A stretch of 64,000 nucleotides of DNA, taken from the IMG/VR virus record IMGVR_UViG_3300035660_000002, positions 1 through 64,000 of that record; one strand, given 5' to 3'. How positions within the stretch are numbered: position 1 is the stretch's first letter; each line of letters opens with the position of its first letter. Source of the stretch: a virus. Both the position numbers and the translations under genes were made by a program. The notes beneath the pieces were generated by a model that saw nothing but the letters and a program-made list of their open reading frames with translations, did not search any database and had not been told where the DNA came from. This document shows, piece by piece, positions 27,333 to 37,057 of the stretch.

Positions 27333-27656
27333 TTATAGCTCTTCGTCTCCTTCGACACTCTTGGTACCTTCGGAGCCTGCAGCATCTGTGCTCTCAGCGT
27401 CCTTCGCTGACGGTATTCCGCTCCTGTCACGCTTCTTTGCGTCCGATGCGGGCTCTTTCATCACGACTGTCACTTCAGTCGCCTGAGGGCCTCTCTCACC
27501 CTGGGCAGGAGTGAACTCCACCCGTTGCTCGTCTCTCAGCTTTTTATAACCTTCGGCCTTGATGGCAGAGAAATGCACGAAGTAATCTTTGCCGTCCTCC
27601 CCGGTTATAAAACCATACCCCTTCTTCTCATTAAACCACTTTACTTTTCCTTTCAC
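27333..27656 (-). CDS. cspA: Cold-shock protein with C-terminal extension
   Basis: [29 protein letters not shown]1/RNP2 motifs. Confidence 0.93.
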   Translation of the reverse strand: MKGKVKWFNEKKGYGFITGEDGKDYFVHFSAIKAEGYKKLRDEQRVEFTPAQGERGPQATEVTVVMKEPASDAKKRDRSGIPSAKDAESTDAAGSEGTKSVEGDEEL

Positions 27657-27658
27657 TG

Positions 27659-27868
27659 CTACCCCTCCTTGTTTATGTTCTCTGGAATTTTTATCTTCTC
27701 CTCCACGAGTTCCAGATCATCTCTGTGGAAGACGACTGTCTGCGCAAAGAACTTATCCCGCAGACTCTTACATGTTATGAAAGCTCCGCATGATCTTAAT
27801 GCTGCCATTGTGTATATAACCCCCGTCCTCTTGTGCCGGACTTTGCACCCATACTCAAAGTTTATCAT
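27659..27868 (-). CDS. Hypothetical protein (SH3/KOW-like)
   Basis: 69 aa ORF in the gene run. Confidence 0.5.
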   Translation of the reverse strand: MINFEYGCKVRHKRTGVIYTMAALRSCGAFITCKSLRDKFFAQTVVFHRDDLELVEEKIKIPENINKEG

Positions 27869-28316
27869 TGGTGTACACTCGTCTGCAATATTCAGCTAAC
27901 AATATGCTGTCACAGTATTGATGCTCTTTCTTCCACTGCGGATTCCACTGCGGGAACATCCTCCGCGCCGCGTGGAATGATCGGCTCTTGTCCTTGCCCG
28001 GGGATCCCCCGAGTATTACCCTTGTCCACACTCGCGGATGGACTATCTGGTAGGGTATTCCCGAAGCGGCGAGGGCCATTTGCCACAACCCGTATCCTCT
28101 GCCGAACTCGAACATGCTTACCACGCCTTGGCCCGGCATGGCTTGCCCCCTTTCGAGGACGGCAAATGCTCCCCTGTTCTTGCCAACCAGTATGCCGTAC
28201 ATCCCCGCGATATCATATTCCTTTTCGATCACAGGAGTCGGTATGACACACAAATCCTTACCGTCTATTACCGAAACGCTTCCCGTCTTGCCAGGATCAA
28301 TACCTATAAATATCAT
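27855..28316 (-). CDS. ruvC: Holliday junction resolvase, RuvC-like
   Basis: FIGIDPGKTG, AVLE..QAMPGQGVVSMFEFGRGYG, CDSILLAEY; start revised to ATG 28316. Confidence 0.88.
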   Translation of the reverse strand: MIFIGIDPGKTGSVSVIDGKDLCVIPTPVIEKEYDIAGMYGILVGKNRGAFAVLERGQAMPGQGVVSMFEFGRGYGLWQMALAASGIPYQIVHPRVWTRVILGGSPGKDKSRSFHAARRMFPQWNPQWKKEHQYCDSILLAEYCRRVYTNDKL

Positions 28317-28579
28317 TATACACCTTTTGGGACTGGATCGCCGCAATGTCCACAGTACCCATCGCTTCGCCATACCTCTCTATGACACTTCGTGCATCTT
28401 AAAAATATTCTCTTGGCACGAACCATCTTAGATCCGTCACGATGGCAGTATTTACTGAAAGCCGATTGGAACCCGCACTTCGGGCATCGCCTGTTCTTTG
28501 GATAAAGAACCCAACACATCCCCACAACAAAAATTATCCACCCAACCAGCAGATGTATGCCAAAATTTATGCTAGCCAT
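28316..28579 (-). CDS. Membrane-anchored double zinc-ribbon protein
   Basis: TM helix then CPKC..YCHRDG..CTKC..YCGHCG. Confidence 0.65.
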   Translation of the reverse strand: MASINFGIHLLVGWIIFVVGMCWVLYPKNRRCPKCGFQSAFSKYCHRDGSKMVRAKRIFLRCTKCHREVWRSDGYCGHCGDPVPKGV

Positions 28580-28605
28580 CCTTGGCCTCCTTTCTTACTA
28601 CCAAA

Positions 28606-28770
28606 TTAAAACTCTCTTCGGTATCGTATCCCACAATCAACACAAACCTTTTCCACAACAACGGCACGATTAAACCATCCTCGTTTTTCTTCCCGGGCCG
28701 GCAGAACAATACTATGTCTGTGAAGACATTTTATTTCTTTGACAAAGGCAAACTCTGCCTGGTTACACAT
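28606..28770 (-). CDS. Small hypothetical protein (54 aa)
   Basis: Own translation MCNQAEFAFVKEIKCLHRH...VCVDCGIRYRREF; GAGG RBS. Confidence 0.5.
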   Translation of the reverse strand: MCNQAEFAFVKEIKCLHRHSIVLPAREEKRGWFNRAVVVEKVCVDCGIRYRREF

Positions 28771-29191
28771 CCTTGGCCTCTTTCAGAGGAGTATCAGCTA
28801 TGTCGATGATCTGCTGCTTCTGCTCCTCTGTCATACTCTTAAAATGCTTTCCCTTCAACGCTTTCATCGCCAACGCCTGGTTCTCAGTAAGCCGCCCTTC
28901 CTTCATCCGACGCTTCACGATACCGTAGGCACGCATTAGTTCCTTCTTGCTTATCTTCGGCTCTTTTTCGTCATCGCCCTCTGGCGCGTCCTTTAACGGC
29001 CCTGTCACTGTTCTGGCCATCGGATTGCATCGTCTCTTCTTACGATGTGCAGTCTTCCCCTCAGCCGGTCCGAACGATCCGTTGTCATAAAACTTGCATA
29101 TCGCCGCGCTGCTGCATCTTTCTTCTTCGCCCTCTCCCTTATGCCTGCAGACCACTTCGTGAATGCACTCTTCCATCCCTAATCCCTCCAC
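28763..29191 (-). CDS. Hypothetical protein
   Basis: 142 aa ORF, Cys cluster at the N-terminus. Confidence 0.55.
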   Translation of the reverse strand: MEGLGMEECIHEVVCRHKGEGEEERCSSAAICKFYDNGSFGPAEGKTAHRKKRRCNPMARTVTGPLKDAPEGDDEKEPKISKKELMRAYGIVKRRMKEGRLTENQALAMKALKGKHFKSMTEEQKQQIIDIADTPLKEAKDV

Positions 29192-29194
29192 TTA

Positions 29195-29911
29195 TTATTG
29201 ACTCTGTTTTGAGTAAAACCTATCTATAAAGTCAGCCACCACACGAAGTTCTTTAGCTGTCGAATTCTGTTTAACTTTGTTACACCGCCAACAAATTATA
29301 GCAACATTTCCTTTTATATACCCTTTCGCTGAATCTACCCTATCCATCGAAGCAGAGTTATCGTTAAACTTTTTATCTTTCTTAAAACTCAAGTCTAAGG
29401 ACTTCCCACAACATTCACAGTTCGGGTTTTTGGATAATCTATCCATCAAGTGCTTAACTGTAAAAAAGTCATTATCAAATTCCAAAGGTCTGTTTCTTCG
29501 ATAACTATGAGATCTGAGTATCATCCCTCCCCGCAACATTTGGCATCGTACTCGAAGAGGATAAAGCTTCCTCCGTTCTTCCATTCGTTGCACAATTCGT
29601 TCGCGGGAAGCCCAACCAATATTTTTTTCATACAATTCCCTACGACGTGCGGAGATCCTATCCTTATGCTTACATTTCCACTCTTTCCCGTAGATATTAG
29701 AACACTTCCTGCAAGTATCAGCACGACCGTCTTTGCATACACTATTTTTCACAAAGCTATCAAGAGGATTCCAATTGCCACATTTCTTACAGGGTTTTCC
29801 ACGCACACCCCGTATTGTCATATATATTTTTTCCTTCCTACTACCTTTCCTAAACTCAGTAGAAGGATGACTTCCTTGAATAAACTTTCCATTCATATCT
29901 CTTTTAATCAT
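29195..29911 (-). CDS. HNH homing endonuclease (second family)
   Basis: CKKC..CRKC finger; CECCG..ASMDRVDSAKGYIKGNVAIICWRCNKVK; AT-rich. Confidence 0.88.
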   Translation of the reverse strand: MIKRDMNGKFIQGSHPSTEFRKGSRKEKIYMTIRGVRGKPCKKCGNWNPLDSFVKNSVCKDGRADTCRKCSNIYGKEWKCKHKDRISARRRELYEKNIGWASRERIVQRMEERRKLYPLRVRCQMLRGGMILRSHSYRRNRPLEFDNDFFTVKHLMDRLSKNPNCECCGKSLDLSFKKDKKFNDNSASMDRVDSAKGYIKGNVAIICWRCNKVKQNSTAKELRVVADFIDRFYSKQSQ

Positions 29912-30486
29912 AATCTACGCCATTTTGACAACGGAGTATACAAAAAGCTTTTTTTCTTGAAAGTATCCAGGATATCTTCCCCATTTAGGGCATCTCCGCA
30001 ACTCCACCACCCTGGTCTGAGGCATCTTGCAAAAAGCTCAACACGAGGCTCGGGCGAATTACGCTCTATGATAGTATACACTATGTCCGGCTTTTGTGAG
30101 TGCTTTTGTACGGGTTCTCTGAACAGCGTGTGGATGAACGCGCCTCGCTGATTCACCGTGATCTTGCCCCTGTATGCATATATCAAAAACTCAGTATCAC
30201 GCTTGAACCCACAGCACGGCCTGCCCTGCCCTGCTTTGTCCCACGTCATCAGAGCGTGATATTTGAATCCCCATGCCTCCGCCACCTTCAACGCATCCGG
30301 TAGGTATGTATGAGTCGTCCATAGAAACAAGTTACAGTCTTTATCAGCAATGCTGCTTACCGGTATGGCCATGATCTCTTTCGTCATCATGGTCGGGTAG
30401 GGCATCTTTATCTGGTTCGGCCGCATCTTCAACTGGATGAAGTCTACATGCCATGGCGGATCGCAAAGCACCGTTCTGAATTTCAT
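29908..30486 (-). CDS. MT-A70 family adenine methyltransferase
   Basis: VLCDPPW, YPTM, LFLWTT, WGFKY, HSQKPD, RVELFAR. Confidence 0.92.
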   Translation of the reverse strand: MKFRTVLCDPPWHVDFIQLKMRPNQIKMPYPTMMTKEIMAIPVSSIADKDCNLFLWTTHTYLPDALKVAEAWGFKYHALMTWDKAGQGRPCCGFKRDTEFLIYAYRGKITVNQRGAFIHTLFREPVQKHSQKPDIVYTIIERNSPEPRVELFARCLRPGWWSCGDALNGEDILDTFKKKSFLYTPLSKWRRL

Positions 30487-30487
30487 A

Positions 30488-30760
30488 TCACGCCTGCCCC
30501 GTATCCAGAATCTTTCTTTTCAATGCTTCCGGCACCGTTACTGCTACCACATTCACCGATCTAAGCAGGTACAAAGGATTCCCATCGCCGTCATATTCCC
30601 CCGGCACCTTGAACACCTTAGTCCCCACGATCTTGGCCTTGACCACCGCTCCGTCCTCAAGCATAAACTCTGACCAGTGCTCGCTCGTAGAGTTTATGAA
30701 CACCTCCTGCGCTTTTATTATTGATCCATCCTGTTTCCTGAAAGACATTGTATCAGGCAT
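30488..30760 (-). CDS. Conserved-looking hypothetical protein
   Basis: 90 aa ORF (EHWSEFMLEDG..YDGDGNPLY) with RBS. Confidence 0.65.
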   Translation of the reverse strand: MPDTMSFRKQDGSIIKAQEVFINSTSEHWSEFMLEDGAVVKAKIVGTKVFKVPGEYDGDGNPLYLLRSVNVVAVTVPEALKRKILDTGQA

Positions 30761-30923
30761 AATTACTCCTACTCCTTCCCCACCACTCCTAAATCCTTCT
30801 TAACCTCTTCCCACAACCCCCTGCCCTTAAGCCACGCTATCAGCTCTGCCAAGAACTCTTCCTTTTTCAACATCAGGATTATATTGTCCATCTTATTTTT
30901 CTCATAGTCTTTTTACTGGCACA

Positions 30924-33900
30924 TCACGCAATCTCCAAACGGCTTATATCGTTCTCCATCACGATAGTCCACACACGGTCACAGTAGCTTTTGAGTTCCG
31001 GCGTGTGGCTGATCTCTATGATCGCCTTGTCTCGCGCCTCATTGTATATCAGGTTCGCTATCGACTCCTCCCCAACCTTATCTATGAAGCTAAACAGCTC
31101 GTCCAGTATAATCAGTCCGAGTATTCCTTTCGGCACACCATACTTGTCGCTCACCCATTTATTCAGAGCAAAGCACAAACTGACATCAACCCTCTTCTTC
31201 TGCCCGCCGGACAAGCTCTTGTATGTTCTCTCTCTGGCGCCCTTCTTTATGACCATGCCTATCTTATTGCGCTCCTCACCTTTCTTCGTGCTGGTCGTAG
31301 GGCTAATAATTACGCTCATAAGACCATTGGTCACGGTGGCTAAGTATGTGTTGACGATACCATTCATTTCATTCGCAAACTTATCAAGTAGTACCGATCT
31401 GATTCCTTTGGCCGAGAAAGCTACCTTCCAAAATTCCAGCACGGCTATGCCTTTATCTATCACATCTATCCCCCCGTCAGCCTCTTTCATCTGTGTCGCG
31501 CTGACGTCCTTCTGCCCTTTGATCTTCGCCACATCCTGCTTCAGCCCCTGTATCTTCACATCCAGCTCGTTGATCTGCCGGTTGTCGATCTTGATCATAT
31601 TTTGGCAGTTCTCTATGGCATTCTCTACACTAAGTTTCTCCTGCATCTGCTCTGTAACGCGATTCGCGCACGCGTCTCTGCTTCTCCGTGCCTCTTGAAT
31701 CTCCTGCTCTACCTTCTGCAGCTTCTTCTCGAAGAGTCTTTTCTCCTCGGCGGCCTCGTCTCTTTTTTTTGTGTTCTCAATGATGGCCGCATTCAACCCG
31801 TCAAGCTCCTTCATGAGCTCTTCGCTTCTCTCCCGCAGATCCCCCAGCTTATACTTCCTTTCGGCGATGTATCGCTGCTTGCCTGCCGATATCTCTTTTG
31901 CCTGTTCGACCACCACCGCATCTACCTTGTCGGCCACTTCCTTAGATTTCACCAGCAGATCATTCATAATCGCGCTGGCCATATCAATCTCGGTTTTCCT
32001 CTCGTCTATAAACTTCTGCACGTTCTCTTTCGTAACTAACGAACCACATTTCTTACATCGGACGTTTACCTCTACCCCATTAAGATTGTCGATCTCCTGT
32101 TGCAGTTTCTTTACCAGATCCTCCTTACCGTATCGCACGCCACTCAACTCCCCTGCCTGACTTTTCAGTTCACTGATCATGTCCGCATACTTCGGGTCCG
32201 GCGCCACGACAGGAGATGCTATCTCTTTTTCCAGCCGGCTCTCGTTCTTTATGATCTCTTTCAATTCCGTATTTATCGCCGACGCTTTGCTCGTTAGATC
32301 GGTCAGGGCCTTGTTGTGCCCGGCAACCTCCGTACTCTTTGTCATATCCTCTATCGATTCCCGGACAGTATCACGCAGCGATTCTTTATCCTTTATGATG
32401 CCATCATACTTTGCCATCTCTTCCTCGGCTGATCCCTGCTTCACTATGGCCGAAAGCCTAGGAGTCAACTCCGATAATCTGTCATGGTAGTTTCTTATGT
32501 CCAAGTTCCAATCACTAATCTCTTTCGCAAACGATTCTATGGTGCTGTCCAATCCCTGTATCTTTGAATCCAACACACGAATGTCAGACTCGATAGTTAC
32601 CTTCTTGGCTACAATGTCCTCACGTTCTTTCTCAAAAGACTTCTGCTTCTTGTGCGTCTCCTCGTAGAGGTCATCATACGTTTCAAATCCCAAGAGATCT
32701 GTTATCATGTTCGTCCTGCTGTCGTCCGTCAGCCCGGTCAACGTCATCAGGTTCTCCTGGCTGAAGTAGCACGCTGCCTTGAACACGGCCTCATTGAACC
32801 CGAGGATCCTTTCTAACAGTGCCTGCTTGTCATCCTCTCGCAAGCCCTCTGCCAGATCCTCTTTGGTCTTTGTATCTATGATCTCAAGACCCTTCTTGCG
32901 CGATCGTATGATCTCATAACTTTTGTCGCCCTTGAGCCGCGTTGTTACGGAGCAGTCCTTACAGTCATCCCGGACCACATCGTTTCCAGTGAGCTCCTTG
33001 GTTGTCTTTCCAAAGAGACACCAGTACACAGCCTCCCCTGTCGCTGTCGACTTGCCCACCCCATTCAGCCCTGCTATGAATGTGACACCATCCTCCAACT
33101 TATACTCCACATGCTCTATGGACAGGAAGTCATCTATCTCTACACTATCGATCCTTCCTGTAAAGAATTCCTTGGCTGCCTGCACCTTGTCCTTGATGAT
33201 GTTCTCTATCGCAAGGAGGTATGTCTCGTCCTTGCCGTTGATCTTGCACCACTCTACAAGTATGTCCTTGAATTGATCGGACTTGATCCTCTGCTCGAAC
33301 ACCGGCGGCTTGTGCACCGCAACCACGTTATCCTCCCGGTAGTTCTCTGACGCGTTGAGCACCCTGTAGTAGTTTCCATCCTGCTTGACCTGATCCTCTG
33401 TCTCTACCGTTAGGAACTCCGGGTACTGCAGCTTGATGAATTCTACCTTCGGTTCCATCTGTGCATCGTACTCTACGATGAACAGTCCTCTGTCGCCCAC
33501 GTCTCCGAACGTATGATGCATCGGAGCACCCAAAACCCAACTGTTGTTTGCCAGCTTCTTCTGTGTGTGATCGTGCCCGAAGAAAACGAGGCCATTGTTC
33601 TTGGCCAGCTTCTTCCAATCCACACCTTTCATCTTATGACCGAAATCAGTGGTGAGTTCTGGCTGCTTGTGCAGAACCACTATATCAAATCCCTTCAGCT
33701 CTTCGTAGTCGACCTTGTCCTGAAACCCTACTATTTTTATCGATGGTGCTTTAATCGCTTCCGGTGGCTTTTCTGCCAACGCACGCAGCATGTTCGCCAC
33801 GTTCTGGTACCATGTAGGAGTTACTGTGTCCTCTAGGTCGTGGTTGCCGTCCGCGAACATGTACGGAGTCCTGTCCTTCTTGAAGTACTCTATCGTCATC

Positions 33901-34112
33901 ATCACAACTTCTGTGGGGTGGTCGCCCACAATTTGAACCCAGTCGCCCGCAAATATGGCGAGGTCAATCTTACGCTCTTTGTTGATCGTAGTTATCTGCT
34001 CAAGGATGCTTTTCTGCTCAAGCATCCTGCGCGACATGTTATCCTTGCTGATTCCGAACTGCTCCCAAGTGTGGAGTTGAAGGTCGGCCCATATCAATAC
34101 TCTTTTGATCAT
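30924..34112 (-). CDS. Single-ORF Mre11/SbcD-Rad50/SbcC (T4 gp47-gp46) fusion
   Basis: Metallophosphoesterase motifs (ADLQLH, AGDW, GNHD, FGHDH), then Walker A GLNGVGKS, coiled coils with CKKC zinc hook, LSGGQ signature, IILDE Walker B; no stop between halves. Confidence 0.9.
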   Translation of the reverse strand: MIKRVLIWADLQLHTWEQFGISKDNMSRRMLEQKSILEQITTINKERKIDLAIFAGDWVQIVGDHPTEVVMMTIEYFKKDRTPYMFADGNHDLEDTVTPTWYQNVANMLRALAEKPPEAIKAPSIKIVGFQDKVDYEELKGFDIVVLHKQPELTTDFGHKMKGVDWKKLAKNNGLVFFGHDHTQKKLANNSWVLGAPMHHTFGDVGDRGLFIVEYDAQMEPKVEFIKLQYPEFLTVETEDQVKQDGNYYRVLNASENYREDNVVAVHKPPVFEQRIKSDQFKDILVEWCKINGKDETYLLAIENIIKDKVQAAKEFFTGRIDSVEIDDFLSIEHVEYKLEDGVTFIAGLNGVGKSTATGEAVYWCLFGKTTKELTGNDVVRDDCKDCSVTTRLKGDKSYEIIRSRKKGLEIIDTKTKEDLAEGLREDDKQALLERILGFNEAVFKAACYFSQENLMTLTGLTDDSRTNMITDLLGFETYDDLYEETHKKQKSFEKEREDIVAKKVTIESDIRVLDSKIQGLDSTIESFAKEISDWNLDIRNYHDRLSELTPRLSAIVKQGSAEEEMAKYDGIIKDKESLRDTVRESIEDMTKSTEVAGHNKALTDLTSKASAINTELKEIIKNESRLEKEIASPVVAPDPKYADMISELKSQAGELSGVRYGKEDLVKKLQQEIDNLNGVEVNVRCKKCGSLVTKENVQKFIDERKTEIDMASAIMNDLLVKSKEVADKVDAVVVEQAKEISAGKQRYIAERKYKLGDLRERSEELMKELDGLNAAIIENTKKRDEAAEEKRLFEKKLQKVEQEIQEARRSRDACANRVTEQMQEKLSVENAIENCQNMIKIDNRQINELDVKIQGLKQDVAKIKGQKDVSATQMKEADGGIDVIDKGIAVLEFWKVAFSAKGIRSVLLDKFANEMNGIVNTYLATVTNGLMSVIISPTTSTKKGEERNKIGMVIKKGARERTYKSLSGGQKKRVDVSLCFALNKWVSDKYGVPKGILGLIILDELFSFIDKVGEESIANLIYNEARDKAIIEISHTPELKSYCDRVWTIVMENDISRLEIA

Positions 34113-34441
34113 CTGAAATTTCCCTCCACTACGTATATAATCTCTATGCCCCGTTCCTTTGCCCGCGCTATCTCTTTCTTTGTGCCCTTACTCTTTTCCC
34201 ATCCCGGCAGCACTACCATGAGATCAGATACTTCAAGCCATGCCATGCTGTTATTCTGATACTGCTCTACAGTTATTCCCGGCTCAAAGAAGTGGTACTG
34301 GTAATCCAACCATGGACAATATACGGCGTACCTGCCCTTCTTTAGTATCATGGCGCACTGCTTGATGCCGCGCTGTATGTTGTTCAGCACGTCTATTATG
34401 TTTCCTGCACTGTAGGGGCCTGCGACATATATGCGATCCAT
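34109..34441 (-). CDS. DUF4406/nucleoside deoxyribosyltransferase-like protein
   Basis: IYVAGPY, YCPW, WLEVSDLMVVLPGWEKSKGTKKE. Confidence 0.8.
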   Translation of the reverse strand: MDRIYVAGPYSAGNIIDVLNNIQRGIKQCAMILKKGRYAVYCPWLDYQYHFFEPGITVEQYQNNSMAWLEVSDLMVVLPGWEKSKGTKKEIARAKERGIEIIYVVEGNFR

Positions 34442-34445
34442 TGCG

Positions 34446-34760
34446 CTATTTCCCTTCAGGGTGTACCTTAACTATATCCATCGTCACTGTCATCTGCCCT
34501 AACTTTTTATCTTCCCTAGACATCGACGAAGATATTTTTATCAGTTTGTACTGCGGTATCTTCAAAAGGTACTCCCGTATCACACCTTCTACCGTCTTTC
34601 GCATCGCCTTCGTACTGCGCTTGTTAATATTCTCATATAAAAAATAACTACTCGCCTTCGATACAAGTTTTTCAAGCTTCCGAAGTTGCTTATCTACCAT
34701 AGTCTTTTTATTTGTACGGATCATAGTACCCCCTCCGGTACAAATGTGAACTGCCCCCAC
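34446..34760 (-). CDS. Hypothetical protein
   Basis: ORF in the gene run; true start probably the later MIRTNK. Confidence 0.5.
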   Translation of the reverse strand: MGAVHICTGGGTMIRTNKKTMVDKQLRKLEKLVSKASSYFLYENINKRSTKAMRKTVEGVIREYLLKIPQYKLIKISSSMSREDKKLGQMTVTMDIVKVHPEGK

Positions 34761-34915
34761 TCAAATTGCCCTTGAAAAAATAGCTTCTGCCCTTCAACTA
34801 TAACCTCAATTCCGTGCACGTAGATGTCATCCTTATCATAATGATAACGGAAGTCCTCAGGGCCTACCGCACTTATGTCTATGATCGTACCTACAAACTT
34901 ATGCTTTTTTTCCAT
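34721..34915 (-). CDS. Hypothetical protein
   Basis: 64 aa ORF overlapping the recA stop. Confidence 0.5.
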   Translation of the reverse strand: MEKKHKFVGTIIDISAVGPEDFRYHYDKDDIYVHGIEVIVEGQKLFFQGQFEWGQFTFVPEGVL

Positions 34916-35999
34916 CTTTAGCTGCTTTCGCTTCCTGCACTTCCCGTTCTGCCTTCGTGTCAGCCAACAGTTGCAGGAACACTTCCTCTGTCAGCTCGCT
35001 CTCTTTGATCTTCCTCTTGTCGTCTATGTACAGGAACCCCTGAGACTTCATCTTGAGGATGCCATCCTGTATCAGGAGGTCGGCCACGCCACTCATCTTG
35101 TCAACACCCTTGCCCTCGAAGTCGATCCTGATCCGTGCCTTCTTGAACGGCGGCGCTATCCTGTTCTTCTTGGTGAACGCCTGCGTGACGACTCCTGCTA
35201 TGTCATCATCCTTCTCGGCCTTCGTACCGTTCTTGTTGAACTTCTCTTTGACTGCCAGCTCGAGACGCACAGTGGCCATGAACGGCACTGCCTTACCCCC
35301 TGGTGTCGTCTTGGCCTGGTAGTATGCCGTGCTGTGCGCTATGTCCGCTATCTCATGGTTTGTGATCAGGTACAAGATCTCATTCTTCGACACGTAGGGG
35401 AAGTTCATCCGTATCCCTGCCCGGATCTTCTTGGGCTTGGACATGTCCTCCTTATCGAACCCGGCAGCCTTTTCGTGATCGGTCGACAGCATCGCTATGC
35501 TATCTAGCGCCAGCAGTACCTTAACCTCGGGGTCTTTACCGAGTATAAAAGGTATGAGAGGCGTGTACTTCTTCTCATCCACGGGCTTCTTCTTTCTGGT
35601 GTCAGGAAACATGCTTCTGAAGTGCTGCTCAACCGTTTCAGAGTACCTGCGTATGATCCTTGGTATGTCAACACCGATGCTCGCCGCAAACGCCTCCATG
35701 AAGGCATTCTCTGTGTCGTCCAGTATGATTGCTGCCTTGTTGCCGTACTTCTTCTGGAAGTTGGCTATCGCCAAGCTGACGAGGTAGCTTTTCCCGGCCG
35801 AGGTGTCACCGAAAATCTCTACGATCTTTCCTCGCGGGTATCCTTTAAGGTAGTCCCCGGATATGATCTTGTTGAGCGCATAGCTTCCCGTGTCGATCCA
35901 TTCCTGCGGTGTCTGCTCCTTACCCACTATCATGTCCTCGTCATTCGAGAACTCGGCCACCACTGCGCTCAAGAAATCAACCTCTTTGGCTTTACCCAT
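34899..35999 (-). CDS. recA: RecA/UvsX recombinase
   Basis: IDTGSYALN, GKIVEIFGDTSAGKS, LDSIAML, TPGGKAVPFMATVRL, KNRIAPPFK. Confidence 0.93.
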   Translation of the reverse strand: MGKAKEVDFLSAVVAEFSNDEDMIVGKEQTPQEWIDTGSYALNKIISGDYLKGYPRGKIVEIFGDTSAGKSYLVSLAIANFQKKYGNKAAIILDDTENAFMEAFAASIGVDIPRIIRRYSETVEQHFRSMFPDTRKKKPVDEKKYTPLIPFILGKDPEVKVLLALDSIAMLSTDHEKAAGFDKEDMSKPKKIRAGIRMNFPYVSKNEILYLITNHEIADIAHSTAYYQAKTTPGGKAVPFMATVRLELAVKEKFNKNGTKAEKDDDIAGVVTQAFTKKNRIAPPFKKARIRIDFEGKGVDKMSGVADLLIQDGILKMKSQGFLYIDDKRKIKESELTEEVFLQLLADTKAEREVQEAKAAKDGKKA

Positions 36000-36019
36000 G
36001 TCGTACCTCCTTATTCAAT

Positions 36020-36067
36020 AAAAACCTACTACGGGGGTGGATGTCTTTCACATCCGCCCCTGTAGTA
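36020..36067 (-). terminator. Rho-independent terminator after the SSB gene
   Basis: TACTACAGGGGCGGATGT-GAAAG-ACATCCACCCCCGTAGTA-GGTTTTT. Confidence 0.75.
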
Positions 36068-36076
36068 AGTTAAGCC

Positions 36077-37024
36077 CTACTGCGAGAGAAACGCCTTCTT
36101 GCACGAATCCCCAGCATTGGCCGGACATGATTTACACCTGTCCGCTTTCATCGAGTATCTCATCCCGAAACATTCCGGTTTCATTCCGTCCTGTGCGGGT
36201 GGCGGCGGTGCTCCCGGTCCCTTGTCAGGTGATGGCTTCTCTGCCTCTTTCGCGGCCAGTGCGGGCGCCTGTACGGGTGCCGGTGCTGCCGGTGCGGCTG
36301 CAACCTTGCCGCCAGTTCCCTGCTCGCCGTACTCGACGTCGCCTTCGAGTATCCTCTTGATCTCGTCGTACGTCTTGACCGCCGGGATCATCGTCTCGAG
36401 TTTCCTTATCTGGTCCTTCCAGTTCGCCGGGAGCTTGCCCTCTATGGACGTCTTGTCCGGGTCCGGCTCCACCGAATAACTGGTCCTCTTAACGTCCCCA
36501 CTGGCCGGAAGCGTTTTTGTGATCGTCATGTTCCTGCCGTCCTCGAGCGCGATAGGATCGCCCCACTTCTCGTTGCACCACTTGAATATCTCGTCGTGGA
36601 TGGTAGGGCCGCATTCCAGCACCTGTATCCCCTTGGCTATCGTCTCGGGGCTTTTGAGGTCGATGATGTTCATAAGGTACCTGCGCCTCATGCCCATGTC
36701 ATTGGCCAGTGCCTGATCCGTAGGATCCCCTGTCTTCCCCAGCGTTGCGACGGCCTCGCATACAGGGCACCTGTTCTTGTGCTCTTTCGTGTTCAGCGTC
36801 CTGGGACATACGATCATGTCTTTCGCGCCTTCCGGGCCTACCCCGAAATGTGAGAAGTACGTGAACGCTATCGTCACGACATCCTCATCCGTGAAGTACT
36901 TCAAGGTGTGCGGCAGCACCCTTACCGTGTTATCCCCTTTTTCGGGCTTCCACCGGTCGATCCCTCCCTTATTCTCCGCCTTCCTTTCATACGCCTCTCT
37001 CATCTTCTTCAGATTGAGACCCAT
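36077..37024 (-). CDS. gp32: Single-stranded DNA-binding protein, T4 gp32-like
   Basis: WKPEKG.NTVRVLP, HF..C..CPVC Zn site, RRRYLMNI; Pro/Ala linker and C-terminal Cys motif. Confidence 0.85.
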   Translation of the reverse strand: MGLNLKKMREAYERKAENKGGIDRWKPEKGDNTVRVLPHTLKYFTDEDVVTIAFTYFSHFGVGPEGAKDMIVCPRTLNTKEHKNRCPVCEAVATLGKTGDPTDQALANDMGMRRRYLMNIIDLKSPETIAKGIQVLECGPTIHDEIFKWCNEKWGDPIALEDGRNMTITKTLPASGDVKRTSYSVEPDPDKTSIEGKLPANWKDQIRKLETMIPAVKTYDEIKRILEGDVEYGEQGTGGKVAAAPAAPAPVQAPALAAKEAEKPSPDKGPGAPPPPAQDGMKPECFGMRYSMKADRCKSCPANAGDSCKKAFLSQ

Positions 37025-37057
37025 CTTACACCTCCCGTTTTTGGTTACTTCTTTCCC

